Positions 9,217 through 18,500 of a DNA stretch of 64,000 nt are shown piece by piece. The stretch is from Lachnospiraceae bacterium (lineage in GTDB: Bacteria > Bacillota > Clostridia > Lachnospirales > Lachnospiraceae), in the NCBI GenBank assembly GCA_900752065.1, contig CAADTT010000136.1, forward strand, positions 34,439 through 98,438. Reading direction: 5' to 3'. Under the pieces are notes generated by a model. That model was not told the origin of the DNA. It saw only the letters and a list, made by a program, of their open reading frames with translations, and did no database searches. The position numbers and the translations under genes are program-made. Positions within the stretch are counted from its first letter, which is position 1; each line of letters starts with the position of its first letter.

Positions 9217-9354
9217 ATGAAACGCATTGCAGGGTATACGCTTTTCTGGATGGGAATCGGAATGCTTCTGGCAGTCATCATCCCGTATAAGTTTTTTTCT
9301 ATTTTAATTTGTGCCGTAATATTGCTAATTGGATATAATCTGTTTTGTTCATAA
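9217..9354 (+). CDS. small hydrophobic membrane peptide (45 aa)
   Basis: MKRIAGYTLFWMGIGMLLAVIIPYKFFSILICAVILLIGYNLFCS is followed by a clean intrinsic terminator. It falls below the ORF-track length cut-off. Confidence 0.4.
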   Translation: MKRIAGYTLFWMGIGMLLAVIIPYKFFSILICAVILLIGYNLFCS

Positions 9355-9372
9355 AAGGCAAAACCGGGGATA

Positions 9373-9407
9373 AGAGACAGGTGAAGATTTATCTGTCTCT
9401 TTTTATT
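9373..9407 (+). terminator. intrinsic terminator
   Basis: AGAGACAG-gtgaagatttat-CTGTCTCT followed by TTTTATT. Confidence 0.7.
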
Positions 9408-9483
9408 GAAAGTAGGTTATATCTTCTTGTCCCAGGCAGCGCTGAACGAATACGATGCCTATGTTGAGGCGGAGGAGCAGCTC

Positions 9484-9828
9484 ATGCTGGCGAAGGTATT
9501 CAAAGATTTTCCAGCGGCATTGCCTGTGATCTATGACAGAGCCTTGAAAGCAGAAGAAATCAACTTTGATGCATGGCATGGCCTGATCAATTTCTACAGC
9601 CAGGATAAAGCAAAAACGGAAAATGACTGGTATGCACTGGCGGAAAGGATTGCTGATACCCTGAAATATTATCCGCTGCCGATGTACGATCTGCTGAGGA
9701 TGATCGAGCCGCATCTGACATCAAAAGAATTTAAGGATCAGTATGCGTCACTTCTCGATACCTCTTTAAAAGCGGCGCCGAAGGCAGCGAAGCAGATCGC
9801 AAATTATCTGCTCAGCCTGCAAAAATAA
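9484..9828 (+). CDS. hypothetical protein (114 aa from an internal ATG with a strong Shine-Dalgarno; the six-frame ORF starts at a TTG at 9406)
   Basis: GGAGGAG lies 6 nt upstream of the ATG at 9484. The amino-acid composition is protein-like. The ORF is bracketed by hairpin terminators on both sides. Confidence 0.45.
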   Translation: MLAKVFKDFPAALPVIYDRALKAEEINFDAWHGLINFYSQDKAKTENDWYALAERIADTLKYYPLPMYDLLRMIEPHLTSKEFKDQYASLLDTSLKAAPKAAKQIANYLLSLQK

Positions 9829-9858
9829 AGTGCAGATCAATAGTTTCACAGAATAAAG

Positions 9859-9897
9859 AATCCCCTCTCGACAATTCTTTCATGTCGAGAGAGGATT
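9859..9897. terminator. 14-bp near-perfect inverted repeat (terminator or insulator between convergent genes)
   Basis: AATCCCCTCTCGAC-n11-GTCGAGAGAGGATT. Confidence 0.5.
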
Positions 9898-9913
9898 CTG
9901 GTAAAAAGAGGGT

Positions 9914-9940
9914 ATAAAAAACCCCTCATCGTCTGAGGGG
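9914..9940 (-). terminator. rpmB intrinsic terminator
   Basis: A CCCCTCA-n5-TGAGGGG stem is followed on the minus strand by TTTTTTAT. Confidence 0.7.
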
Positions 9941-9953
9941 CTGTAAATTCCGT

Positions 9954-10139
9954 TTAAGCTCTTTCTACTTTACCGGACTTTAAGCAAGAAGTACATACAT
10001 ACATCTTCTTAGCCGCACCGTTTACTTTAACTCTTACGGACTTTATGTTGGATTTCCACATTTTATTTGATCTTCTATGTGAATGACTCACGTTATTTCC
10101 GAAATGAGCGCCTTTATCACAAATAGCACATCTAGCCAT
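9954..10139 (-). CDS. rpmB: 50S ribosomal protein L28
   Basis: MARCAICDKGAHFGNNVSHSHRRSNKMWKSNIKSV carries the L28 signature. Confidence 0.95.
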   Translation of the reverse strand: MARCAICDKGAHFGNNVSHSHRRSNKMWKSNIKSVRVKVNGAAKKMYVCTSCLKSGKVERA

Positions 10140-10369
10140 GACTGCACCTCCTTGAAAATAGATTACCTGTTCTCTTACAGGCTCACAACAATAGGTAGTT
10201 TATCAGATATCGGTGTTTTTTGCAAGAGAATTTTTTAAATTTGTCAAAATTGTTTTATCCGTAAATTTTTACTTCACAGAAAAACAAAAATAGATATTTC
10301 ATTTTGGCGCAAAACAGGGTATAATTATAACAATACTGCTAAAATTATTATAATTAGGAGGTTACAGTT

Positions 10370-10726
10370 ATGAAGGGACGTATGGACACAGAACTGGGTT
10401 CAATCTTAATAGATACCGACGTAATATCAACTTATGCCGGAAGCGTTGCCGTAGAGTGTTTTGGTATTGTTGGAATGGCGGCCGTAAATATGAAGGACGG
10501 CCTGGTAAAATTATTGAAGAGAGAGAGTCTGAAGCACGGCATCAATGTGACCCTCAGGGACAACAGGATTTCTCTTGACTTTCATGTGATCGTGGCATAT
10601 GGTGTCAGCATCTCCGCTGTAGCACAGAATCTGTATGCGAATGTGAAATATAAGGTAGAAGAATTTACCGGAATGGAGATTGAAAAGATCAATATTTATG
10701 TAGAAGGCGTAAGAGCCATAGATTAA
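10370..10726 (+). CDS. Asp23/Gls24 family alkaline shock protein (YloU-like)
   Basis: Family-typical sequence; AGGAGG Shine-Dalgarno. The gene sits in the conserved rpmB / asp23 / DAK2 / recG arrangement. Confidence 0.9.
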   Translation: MKGRMDTELGSILIDTDVISTYAGSVAVECFGIVGMAAVNMKDGLVKLLKRESLKHGINVTLRDNRISLDFHVIVAYGVSISAVAQNLYANVKYKVEEFTGMEIEKINIYVEGVRAID

Positions 10727-10739
10727 GGAGGATTTTGTT

Positions 10740-12407
10740 GTGATAACAAATACGATAAATGCCAGACTATGCGCAAAAATGTTCCTGGCAGGAGCAAAAA
10801 ATCTGGAGTCGAAAAAAGAATGGATCAATGAACTGAATGTATTTCCGGTTCCGGACGGTGATACGGGAACGAATATGACACTAACGATCATGTCAGCAGC
10901 AAAGGAAGTGGCATCTCTTAACGATCTTACCATGGAGACGCTTGCAAAAGCGATTTCTTCCGGCTCCCTGCGCGGAGCAAGAGGAAACTCCGGCGTAATC
11001 CTTTCCCAGCTTTTCCGTGGCTTTACAAAGGGAATCAAGCCGTATGAGGAAATTGATACGGTGATTCTGGCGGCTGCGATGCAGAAAGCGGTGGAAACAG
11101 CCTATAAAGCAGTTATGAAGCCGAAGGAAGGCACGATCCTGACGGTGGCAAAGGGAGCGGCTGATAAGGCGGCGGAGCTCGCAGAGACAGATACGGATAT
11201 GAAGACCTTTATCGGAACCGTCATTGAGCATGCAGACCGCGTACTTGCTCAGACGCCGGAGATGCTCCCGGTTCTGAAGGAGGCAGGTGTCGTGGATTCC
11301 GGCGGACAGGGACTGCTGCAGGTACTGCGGGGGGCATACGATGCATTTCTCGGCAAAGAGATTGATTACTCAATTGAGGAAGCCGGGGCAGGTTCTGCGC
11401 CTGTGGGAAAGATGAAACCTCAGACGGAGACGGATATTAAGTTCGGCTACTGCACAGAGTTTATCATCATGCTTGAAAAAGAATATTCCGAGGATATAGA
11501 GATGGAGTTTAAGGCGTTCCTGAATTCTATCGGTGACTCGATCGTTGTTGTTTCTGATGAGGATATTGTGAAGGTTCATGTACATACGAATGATCCTGGA
11601 AAAGCAATATCAAGAGCTTTAACCTACGGCTCCCTCACAAAGATGAAGATTGACAATATGAGAGAAGAACATCAGGAAAAGCTGATCAAAGACGCAGAGA
11701 AGATGGCGGCAAAACAGGCGGTTGAGGATGCGAAAAAGACGCCGAAAAAAGATGTGGGATTCATTTCCGTGTCCATCGGAGAGGGAATCGGACAGATTTT
11801 CAAGGATCTGGGTGTGGACTATCTGATCGAGGGCGGTCAGACGATGAACCCCAGTACGGAGGATATGCTGAAAGCTATTGATGCCGTAAATGCAGACACC
11901 ATCTTCATTCTGCCGAATAATAAAAATATCATCCTTGCTGCAAATCAGGCAAAGGTTTTGACAAAAGGAAAGCAGGTTATCGTAATTCCGACAAAGACCG
12001 TTCCGCAGGGAATCGGCGCTATCATCAGCTACAATGCGGAGCTTTCTATTGAAGAAAATGAATCTTCAATGGTGGAGGGAAGCCAGGCAGTTAAAACGGG
12101 ACAGATCACCTATGCTGTGCGGGATACGCACATTGAGGACAAGGAAATTCATGAGGGCGATATCATGGGAATCGGGGACAGCTCGATTCTGGCTGTGGGA
12201 AAGGATATCCAGCAGGTTGCGGAAGAAACGGTTGCACTTATGATGGAGGAGGAATCCGAGCTGATCAGCGTATACTATGGCTGTGATGTGGAGGAAGAGA
12301 CTGCAAAGGCGTTGGGAGATGCACTGACTGCAAAGTATCCCGACTGCGAAGTAGAGGTATATTCCGGCGGGCAGCCGATCTATTACTATGTAATCTCTGT
12401 AGAATAA
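10740..12407 (+). CDS. DAK2 domain-containing protein (YloV-like; DegV/fatty-acid-kinase related)
   Basis: An N-terminal Dak2 motif is present (PDGDTGTNMTLT). Length of 555 aa and position upstream of recG match B. subtilis yloV. Confidence 0.85.
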   Translation: MITNTINARLCAKMFLAGAKNLESKKEWINELNVFPVPDGDTGTNMTLTIMSAAKEVASLNDLTMETLAKAISSGSLRGARGNSGVILSQLFRGFTKGIKPYEEIDTVILAAAMQKAVETAYKAVMKPKEGTILTVAKGAADKAAELAETDTDMKTFIGTVIEHADRVLAQTPEMLPVLKEAGVVDSGGQGLLQVLRGAYDAFLGKEIDYSIEEAGAGSAPVGKMKPQTETDIKFGYCTEFIIMLEKEYSEDIEMEFKAFLNSIGDSIVVVSDEDIVKVHVHTNDPGKAISRALTYGSLTKMKIDNMREEHQEKLIKDAEKMAAKQAVEDAKKTPKKDVGFISVSIGEGIGQIFKDLGVDYLIEGGQTMNPSTEDMLKAIDAVNADTIFILPNNKNIILAANQAKVLTKGKQVIVIPTKTVPQGIGAIISYNAELSIEENESSMVEGSQAVKTGQITYAVRDTHIEDKEIHEGDIMGIGDSSILAVGKDIQQVAEETVALMMEEESELISVYYGCDVEEETAKALGDALTAKYPDCEVEVYSGGQPIYYYVISVE

Positions 12408-12557
12408 AACATGGCATGTAGAAGCAGCTTCACAGGAACGATATTCCTTACAGATACGATGCTGTCTGTAAGGAATGCGGGATCTGGGGAGCTGTTGTTT
12501 CTTTGCTGCTCCCGGCAAAACGGGACGGCAGATTGCTTTTCAGTCAGGGGGCAGTTT

Positions 12558-14615
12558 ATGAATGAACAATCCAGTCTGGATACGATCAAAGGCATCGGAG
12601 AAAAGACGAAAAAAATATTTGAGAGAGCGGGGATCTTTCAGATTGGAGATCTCCTCCGCTACTATCCCAGAAGATATGATACCTATGAACCGGTCAGAGA
12701 TATCGCAGAGCTGCAGGAAGGAGAAATGGCTGCAGTCTGTGCTGTCATTTTTCGTGATGTTACCGTCCGCCACGTTCGGCGGATGAGCATTGCATCCACC
12801 ATTCTGAGGGATCCGTCAGGAACGCTGCAGGTATCCTGGTACAACATGCCTTACCTGAAAAACACCTTGAAGCCGGGAAAATGCTGTGTCTTCCGGGGGA
12901 AAATTACAAAGAAAGGACAGCAGACCGTAATGGAGCAGCCTGCTGTTTTTGATGTCGATGCATACAGCAAGCTTCAGGGAAGTATGCAGCCTCTCTATCC
13001 GCTGGTGGATGGACTCACCAACAAGATGGTGACGAAAGCTGTCCGTCAGGCTTTGGATGAAGCGGAGCTTTCCGGAGATTTTCTGCCGCAGGAGCTTCGT
13101 ATCCGGTATCATCTGGCGGAATACCGGTTTTCTCTGGAACAGATACACTTTCCGGAAAACGAACAGGCCATGCGGCTGGCCAGACAGCGGCTGGTATTTG
13201 AAGAGTTTTTTCTTTTTATACTGGGACTTCGCAGCCTGAGAAACGACAGAGTTGTGCGTAGACCTCAGCATCATTTGGAGAGAAAGGAATTGACAGCCAG
13301 AGTCATAGAAAATCTGCCATATGTGCTGACAAATGCACAGACAAAGGTGTGGCGGGAGCTGGAACGGGATATGACAGGAGACCATGTCTGTGCGCGTCTG
13401 ATCCAGGGAGATGTGGGTTCCGGCAAAACGATCCTGGCAGTGCTGGCTCTGCTCCTTGCGGCGGAGAACGGGTGCCAGGGATGCCTGATGGTACCCACAG
13501 AAGTGTTGGCCAGACAGCATTTTGAATCGCTCACAGCGCTGCTCTGTGAGCAAAAGCTTTCCTTCCGGGCTGTTCTTTTAACAGGGTCTATGAAAGCGAA
13601 GGAAAGGAGGGAGGCATACGAGGAAATATCTTCCGGAGCAGCAGATATTATCATCGGCACCCATGCACTGATCCAGGAAAAGGTTATCTACCATAAACTT
13701 GCACTTGTTATCACCGATGAGCAGCACCGTTTCGGTGTGAGGCAGCGGGAATCATTGGCCGATAAGGGACATACCCCACATACGATCGTCATGAGCGCTA
13801 CGCCGATTCCGCGGACATTGGCAGTCATCCTGTACGGTGATCTGGATATCTCCGTTGTAGATGAACTTCCGGCAAACAGGCTGCCCATCAAAAATTGTGT
13901 GGTGGGAACCTCTTACCGTCAGAAAGCCTATGCCTTTATCCGCAGGGAGGTGGAACAGGGACATCAGGCATACGTTATCTGCCCGATGGTGGAAGAAAGT
14001 GAAGCCGTTGAAGCAGAAAATGTCATAGAATATACGGAACAGCTTCGGGCGGCGCTGCCGGAGTCTGTTTCGGTGGAATATCTGCATGGCAAGATGAAGC
14101 CCGCCCTAAAAAATGAGATTATGGATCAATTTTTGAAAAATGAGATTCAGGTTCTGGTATCAACAACCGTTGTGGAGGTGGGAGTCAATGTTCCCAATGC
14201 CACGGTCATGATGATCGAAAATGCCGAACGTTTCGGGTTGGCACAGCTTCACCAGCTTCGGGGGCGTGTGGGGCGGGGAAAAGCACAGTCCTATTGCATC
14301 ATGGTCCACAGCTCTGACAGCAGGCGGACACGGCAGAGACTTGAAATCCTGAATCAGTCCAATGATGGATTTTTTATTGCCAGTGAAGATTTAAAGCTGC
14401 GTGGTCCGGGGGATCTGTTCGGAATCCGTCAAAGTGGGATGCTGGAATTCCGGCTGGGTGATGTGTTTCAGGATGCCGGTGTGCTCGGGCAGGCCAGCGA
14501 GGCAGCCGCAGAGATTCTCGGACAGGATGAAACGCTGTCTTTTCCGGAGCACATGCTTTTAAAAGAACGGCTTTCAGATTATATCAGAGGAGATAGCGGA
14601 GGCTTAAACCTTTGA
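12558..14615 (+). CDS. recG: ATP-dependent DNA helicase RecG
   Basis: Helicase motifs include Walker A GDVGSGKT and DEQHRFG. The ATG at 12558 (MNEQSSLDTIKGIGEKT) is the likely start; the upstream extension in the ORF track is rejected. Confidence 0.9.
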   Translation: MNEQSSLDTIKGIGEKTKKIFERAGIFQIGDLLRYYPRRYDTYEPVRDIAELQEGEMAAVCAVIFRDVTVRHVRRMSIASTILRDPSGTLQVSWYNMPYLKNTLKPGKCCVFRGKITKKGQQTVMEQPAVFDVDAYSKLQGSMQPLYPLVDGLTNKMVTKAVRQALDEAELSGDFLPQELRIRYHLAEYRFSLEQIHFPENEQAMRLARQRLVFEEFFLFILGLRSLRNDRVVRRPQHHLERKELTARVIENLPYVLTNAQTKVWRELERDMTGDHVCARLIQGDVGSGKTILAVLALLLAAENGCQGCLMVPTEVLARQHFESLTALLCEQKLSFRAVLLTGSMKAKERREAYEEISSGAADIIIGTHALIQEKVIYHKLALVITDEQHRFGVRQRESLADKGHTPHTIVMSATPIPRTLAVILYGDLDISVVDELPANRLPIKNCVVGTSYRQKAYAFIRREVEQGHQAYVICPMVEESEAVEAENVIEYTEQLRAALPESVSVEYLHGKMKPALKNEIMDQFLKNEIQVLVSTTVVEVGVNVPNATVMMIENAERFGLAQLHQLRGRVGRGKAQSYCIMVHSSDSRRTRQRLEILNQSNDGFFIASEDLKLRGPGDLFGIRQSGMLEFRLGDVFQDAGVLGQASEAAAEILGQDETLSFPEHMLLKERLSDYIRGDSGGLNL

Positions 14616-14672
14616 TGTGATTAATAGACATATATTACCGTCTTTCTCCAGGTTGTTTGTGCATTTTTCCTG

Positions 14673-14701
14673 TTGTCTTTTCTGAAATTCTGTTATATTA
14701 T
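14673..14701 (+). promoter_or_regulatory. putative sigmaA promoter (TTGTCT-N17-TATTAT)
   Basis: A -35/-10 pair with 17-bp spacing lies immediately downstream of recG. Confidence 0.4.
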
Positions 14702-14707
14702 CTTGGT

Positions 14708-14937
14708 TGTAGCGTTTTAATTCCCGCGAGGAATGAACCGGGTGGGTAAGCTTGCTTGCACATTTGGCGAATGTCGCGGGGGTCAGATGCCCTGTAGCTC
14801 TGCTGTGCTGCAGGCTTGATGCCCCGCAGCTTGATGCGGGTATCTGACTGCGTATATTCTGGTGTCCGAAGCATGATTATCACAGCATCCGTGTAAAATC
14901 GGACGCTTATGCGTAGTTTTGAGGAGGATTTAAACAT
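14708..14937 (+). ncRNA. highly structured 5' leader / candidate cis-regulatory RNA (unclassified) upstream of the DUF6465-like gene
   Basis: Nested complementary arms are present: CCCGCGA(14723)/TCGCGGG(14774); GTCAGATGCCC(14782)/GGGTATCTGAC(14838) enclosing CCUGUAGC/GCUGCAGG and CCCGC/GCGGG hairpins; GTCCGA(14864)/TCGGAC(14899); and a terminal ACGC-ttat-GCGT hairpin followed by UUUU directly before the GAGGAGG Shine-Dalgarno. No ORF is present. Confidence 0.45.
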
Positions 14938-15369
14938 ATGAAAAAAACTGTAAAAACAACCGCAAAAGAAACAGCGAAGGCAACAGTCGTTAAGACAGAA
15001 ACTGCTGTAAAAGAGGCTGCCGCAAAGGAAACGGCAAAGGCGGAAACAAAAGCTCCGGCTGCAAAGAAAACTGCACCGAAGAAGGAAGAAATAAAAGCAG
15101 CGGCTCCGGTAAAGCAAGAGGAGACAAAGGCAGAACCGGTGAAGAAGACGGCTGCAAAGAAAGCAGCTATTAAAGAAACCGTATATTTGCAGTATCTTGG
15201 CAAAGAGATCAACCATCAGGATATTGTAAAGCAGGTAAAAGAAGTCTGGACAAAGCAGTTAAAGAAAAAGGTCGGCGATATCAAATCCATCACGATTTAT
15301 TTTAAACCGGAAGAGAATGCCGCATACTATGTAGTAAACGATGACGTGACAGGCAGCATTGCATTATAA
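14938..15369 (+). CDS. lysine/alanine-rich protein with DUF6465-like C-terminal domain
   Basis: GAGGAGG Shine-Dalgarno. The N-terminal 90 aa are KTA/KEA-rich low complexity. The C-terminus is globular (TVYLQYLGKEINHQDIVKQVKEVW...YFKPEENAAYYVVNDD). The antisense ORF 14698-15216 is rejected. Confidence 0.75.
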   Translation: MKKTVKTTAKETAKATVVKTETAVKEAAAKETAKAETKAPAAKKTAPKKEEIKAAAPVKQEETKAEPVKKTAAKKAAIKETVYLQYLGKEINHQDIVKQVKEVWTKQLKKKVGDIKSITIYFKPEENAAYYVVNDDVTGSIAL

Positions 15370-15380
15370 TTGGAATTATT

Positions 15381-15416
15381 AAAATCTGTGATCTTTCGAT
15401 TGCAGATTTTTTTATA
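15381..15416 (+). terminator. intrinsic terminator (AT-rich stem)
   Basis: AAAATCTG-n13-CAGATTTT followed by TTTT. Confidence 0.5.
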
Positions 15417-15599
15417 GGAAACTTTGTTTCCCATATAAAAAGATCATCCGGAAAAACGTGCAAAGCGTAATCTTTTTTACTAAAAACAGTTGAAATAGAA
15501 CATGGTTATTCGTTATAATGACTATTAAGGAACCCGGAGGGAAAGGGGGAGTTTGTGCAAAACATGATGAACCGGGGCAAAATAAAAAAGGAGAATTAC

Positions 15600-18500
15600 A
15601 TGAAGCAGAAATTTAAAAAGGTATTTGCAATGCTGCTCAGTTTATGTCTGGTGCTGGGAATGGTTCAGATTCCGGCGATGACAGGCAAAGCGGCAGCGGC
15701 TGACGGTGAGATTGATACGTCAGAGGAAGGCTATGCAGTGGTAAAGTATTATACGGATACAGAAACTGCAGTTTCATCTGCACAGACGAAGAATGAGAGA
15801 GTATCCGACTTCTTTGAAGGAACAGAGTCTATGATTTGGTCGGTAGACTTCAAGACTACAGAATCAAAGCTTCAGTCTCTGCTCACACTGGAATATAGTA
15901 CATCAAAGTATATGACATTATTTCTCCGCGACGGCAATAAAGTCGGACTGGAGACAAAAGAGGGAACAAACCTTGGTCCTACTGTGGCGAAAAGCTATAC
16001 GGACGGAGCGTGGCATACGCTGAAGCTGGAGATGACAAAGAATCAGAAAGCGATTCTTTCTTTAGATGATGCAGTGGTGGTACAGTCAGAAAACGCACCC
16101 ACCTGTATTGCGACTCTGAGCTGGACGCCGGATACGTTTACCATTGGCGGTATGACAAATTACAGCAGCAAGAGTGGATGGACATTTTCGGGCAGCTTAC
16201 GTAATATTGTGATGAAAAAGAAAGTGGCGGGTCCCATGCCGGCACCTGTTTACACGGAGAAAAATCCGAAAGCAGACAGTACATCCCAGAATATCGGAAA
16301 TTTAACAAATTCAACGTTCCAAATGACATTCCGCCGCACAGAAGCATCTGAGACGGAGGAAACATTGGCAGAATTTGGCTCAAACGGCAAAATTTCCGTG
16401 GATGCCTCAAAGGTCAGCATTGCACTGGGGGACAGCAAAGCAGAGGTCCAGGTAGAAAACACGAGTCTTGCGACAACAAAGTGGCATAACCTTGCGATAA
16501 CGGCAAATGGTGCAAAAGCGAGTGTTTATGTAGATGGCGTTATGGCAGGAGAGACAGATTTTTCCGGTACACTTTCCGGTGCATTGAAATATGGAAACGT
16601 ATATATTTCTGAAGTCAGTGTTTATGACAAAGCATTGAGCGAAGAACAGATTGCAACGCTCCATGAGACAACGTTATCTTCCGCTTATCCTGACGGCACA
16701 GAGAAAATGGAGGGATATGAAAAAACTCCAAACAGAGAAGTCTTTAATTCAGGATTTGACGGATCCGTGGCATACCGTATTCCGGGAATTGCTGTTTCTG
16801 AAAAGACCGGAACGGTGATCACATCTATTGATAAACGCTGGGATCATTCAGGTGACGTAGGTAAGATCGATACAGTCATCCGCAGAAGTGAGGACAATGG
16901 AAAAACCTGGAGCCCGGTCATTCCGGTCATTGATATGCCGGATAGTGATGCCTATACAGTAGACCCGTCACTGGCAGTAGACAATGACCCGGACAGCCCA
17001 TATTACGGCAGGATTTACTGTCTGGTGGATATGTATCCATACAACATCGGTCTGTGGGCGTCTAAGCCTGGTACCGGATATCGGGAGGTAGACGGTGTAC
17101 AGTGCCGGATACTGTATGACAGTGCAAAGAATGAATATATTATGAAGCCTGACGGAACTGTGTATGACAGCAATGGCAATCAGACAGCGTATCAGGTGGA
17201 GACAGAGGCAGCAGCGCCTTACAAGGATCTGGGAGCCCTGTACAAAGATGGTCAGAGAATCGGCAGTATTTACAAGAACAGCGAACTTGTGATCTATGAG
17301 ACAACATATCTGTGGGTAAGTTACAGTGATGACGACGGTTTGACCTGGTCACTGCCAAAAGATATCACACCGGAGGTCAAGGATGACTGGATGTGTTTCC
17401 ATGGCACAGGACCGGGGCATGGCATCCAGCTTCAGAATGGGCGCATTATGTTCCCAACCTACTGCAGCCATACGGGGCAGACTTCAGCATTGTCATCCTT
17501 ACATGTCTATACGGATGATGGAGGAGCGACCTGGCACAGAGGGGCATCGCCAAACGATGTATCAGAGACCTCCAGCGCAGCGAATAGCACCAGGCAATTA
17601 AACGAAAACACCATTGTCCAGTTAGACAACGGGCATCTGATTCAGTTTATGAAAAACAGTACCGCAAATGTAGCAATGGCCATCAGCACGGACAATGGCG
17701 CAAGCTGGGGACAGGTTACTTATGCACAGGGCATTCCGGAGCCATACTGTAATCTGACATCCCTCCACTATCCGGAGAAGATTGTGGATCCCAGGGATGG
17801 GATAGCAAAAGAGGCCATCATATTTGCCAATCCGAGAGGAACGACGAATTTTACCGGGAATGGAAGAGAGGGAGGTACGGTCCGTATTGCGTTTGTAAAT
17901 TCGGACGACACTCTTGACTGGGCATATTCCAAGCTGATCGAAGAGAATAAATTTGTCTACTGCTCTATCGCAGCTATGAACAATGGCAATATCGCTATGA
18001 TTTACGAGCAGGAAGGGTATGCGATGATCGGCGCGGCATTTACTTCCTTTAGCCCGGAATATATCATGGACAGCAACGTTTACGAAAATACACCTGTCCC
18101 GACGGATGTTACAACAACGGTACAGGATGCGAACGGACAGCCTGCAGCGGAATTGGCTCCGGGCAATAAGGTGAATATTCAGGTGACATTTTCCCAGAAT
18201 GTATTTGCGGCAGGAAATGTGACGTTGAATGTGAAGGCAGGCAACAGGACAAAAGAAGCTGTACTGGCAGGAAATGTGGCAGCGAACAAGCTGGAGTTTG
18301 TTTATACGGTCGATGAGTCAGATGAAGGAACGCTGACAGCAACGGGCGAAGTAAATGTAAAAGACGGCGGCGCAGCCGAAACGATTTACAATGTGAGTCT
18401 GACAGATAAACCATGCGTTACAAAAGAAACGGTTGTCGGCGAGATAGCAGCAGGAGCGGAAGATGCTCTGTTTGCGGAGCTTCCTACAGAGGGTATGAGT

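Noticed and set aside
12411-12557. upstream extension of recG
   Set aside because: The conserved RecG N-terminus begins at MNEQSS (12558). The extension overlaps the upstream gene's terminator region.
14708-14937. assignment of the structured leader to a known RNA family (SRP, 6S, tmRNA, RNase P or common riboswitches)
   Set aside because: I could not find the diagnostic conserved cores of any of these, such as the SRP domain IV GGAAGCAGC, the SAM/TPP/FMN/glycine/lysine/c-di-GMP motifs, or the 6S single long helix. It is left unclassified.
14698-15216. 172-aa and 101-aa minus-strand ORFs
   Set aside because: They are antisense to the lysine-rich DUF6465-like gene and part of the leader. Their Cys/Phe-rich low-complexity translation is an artefact of the AAG/GCA-rich sense strand.
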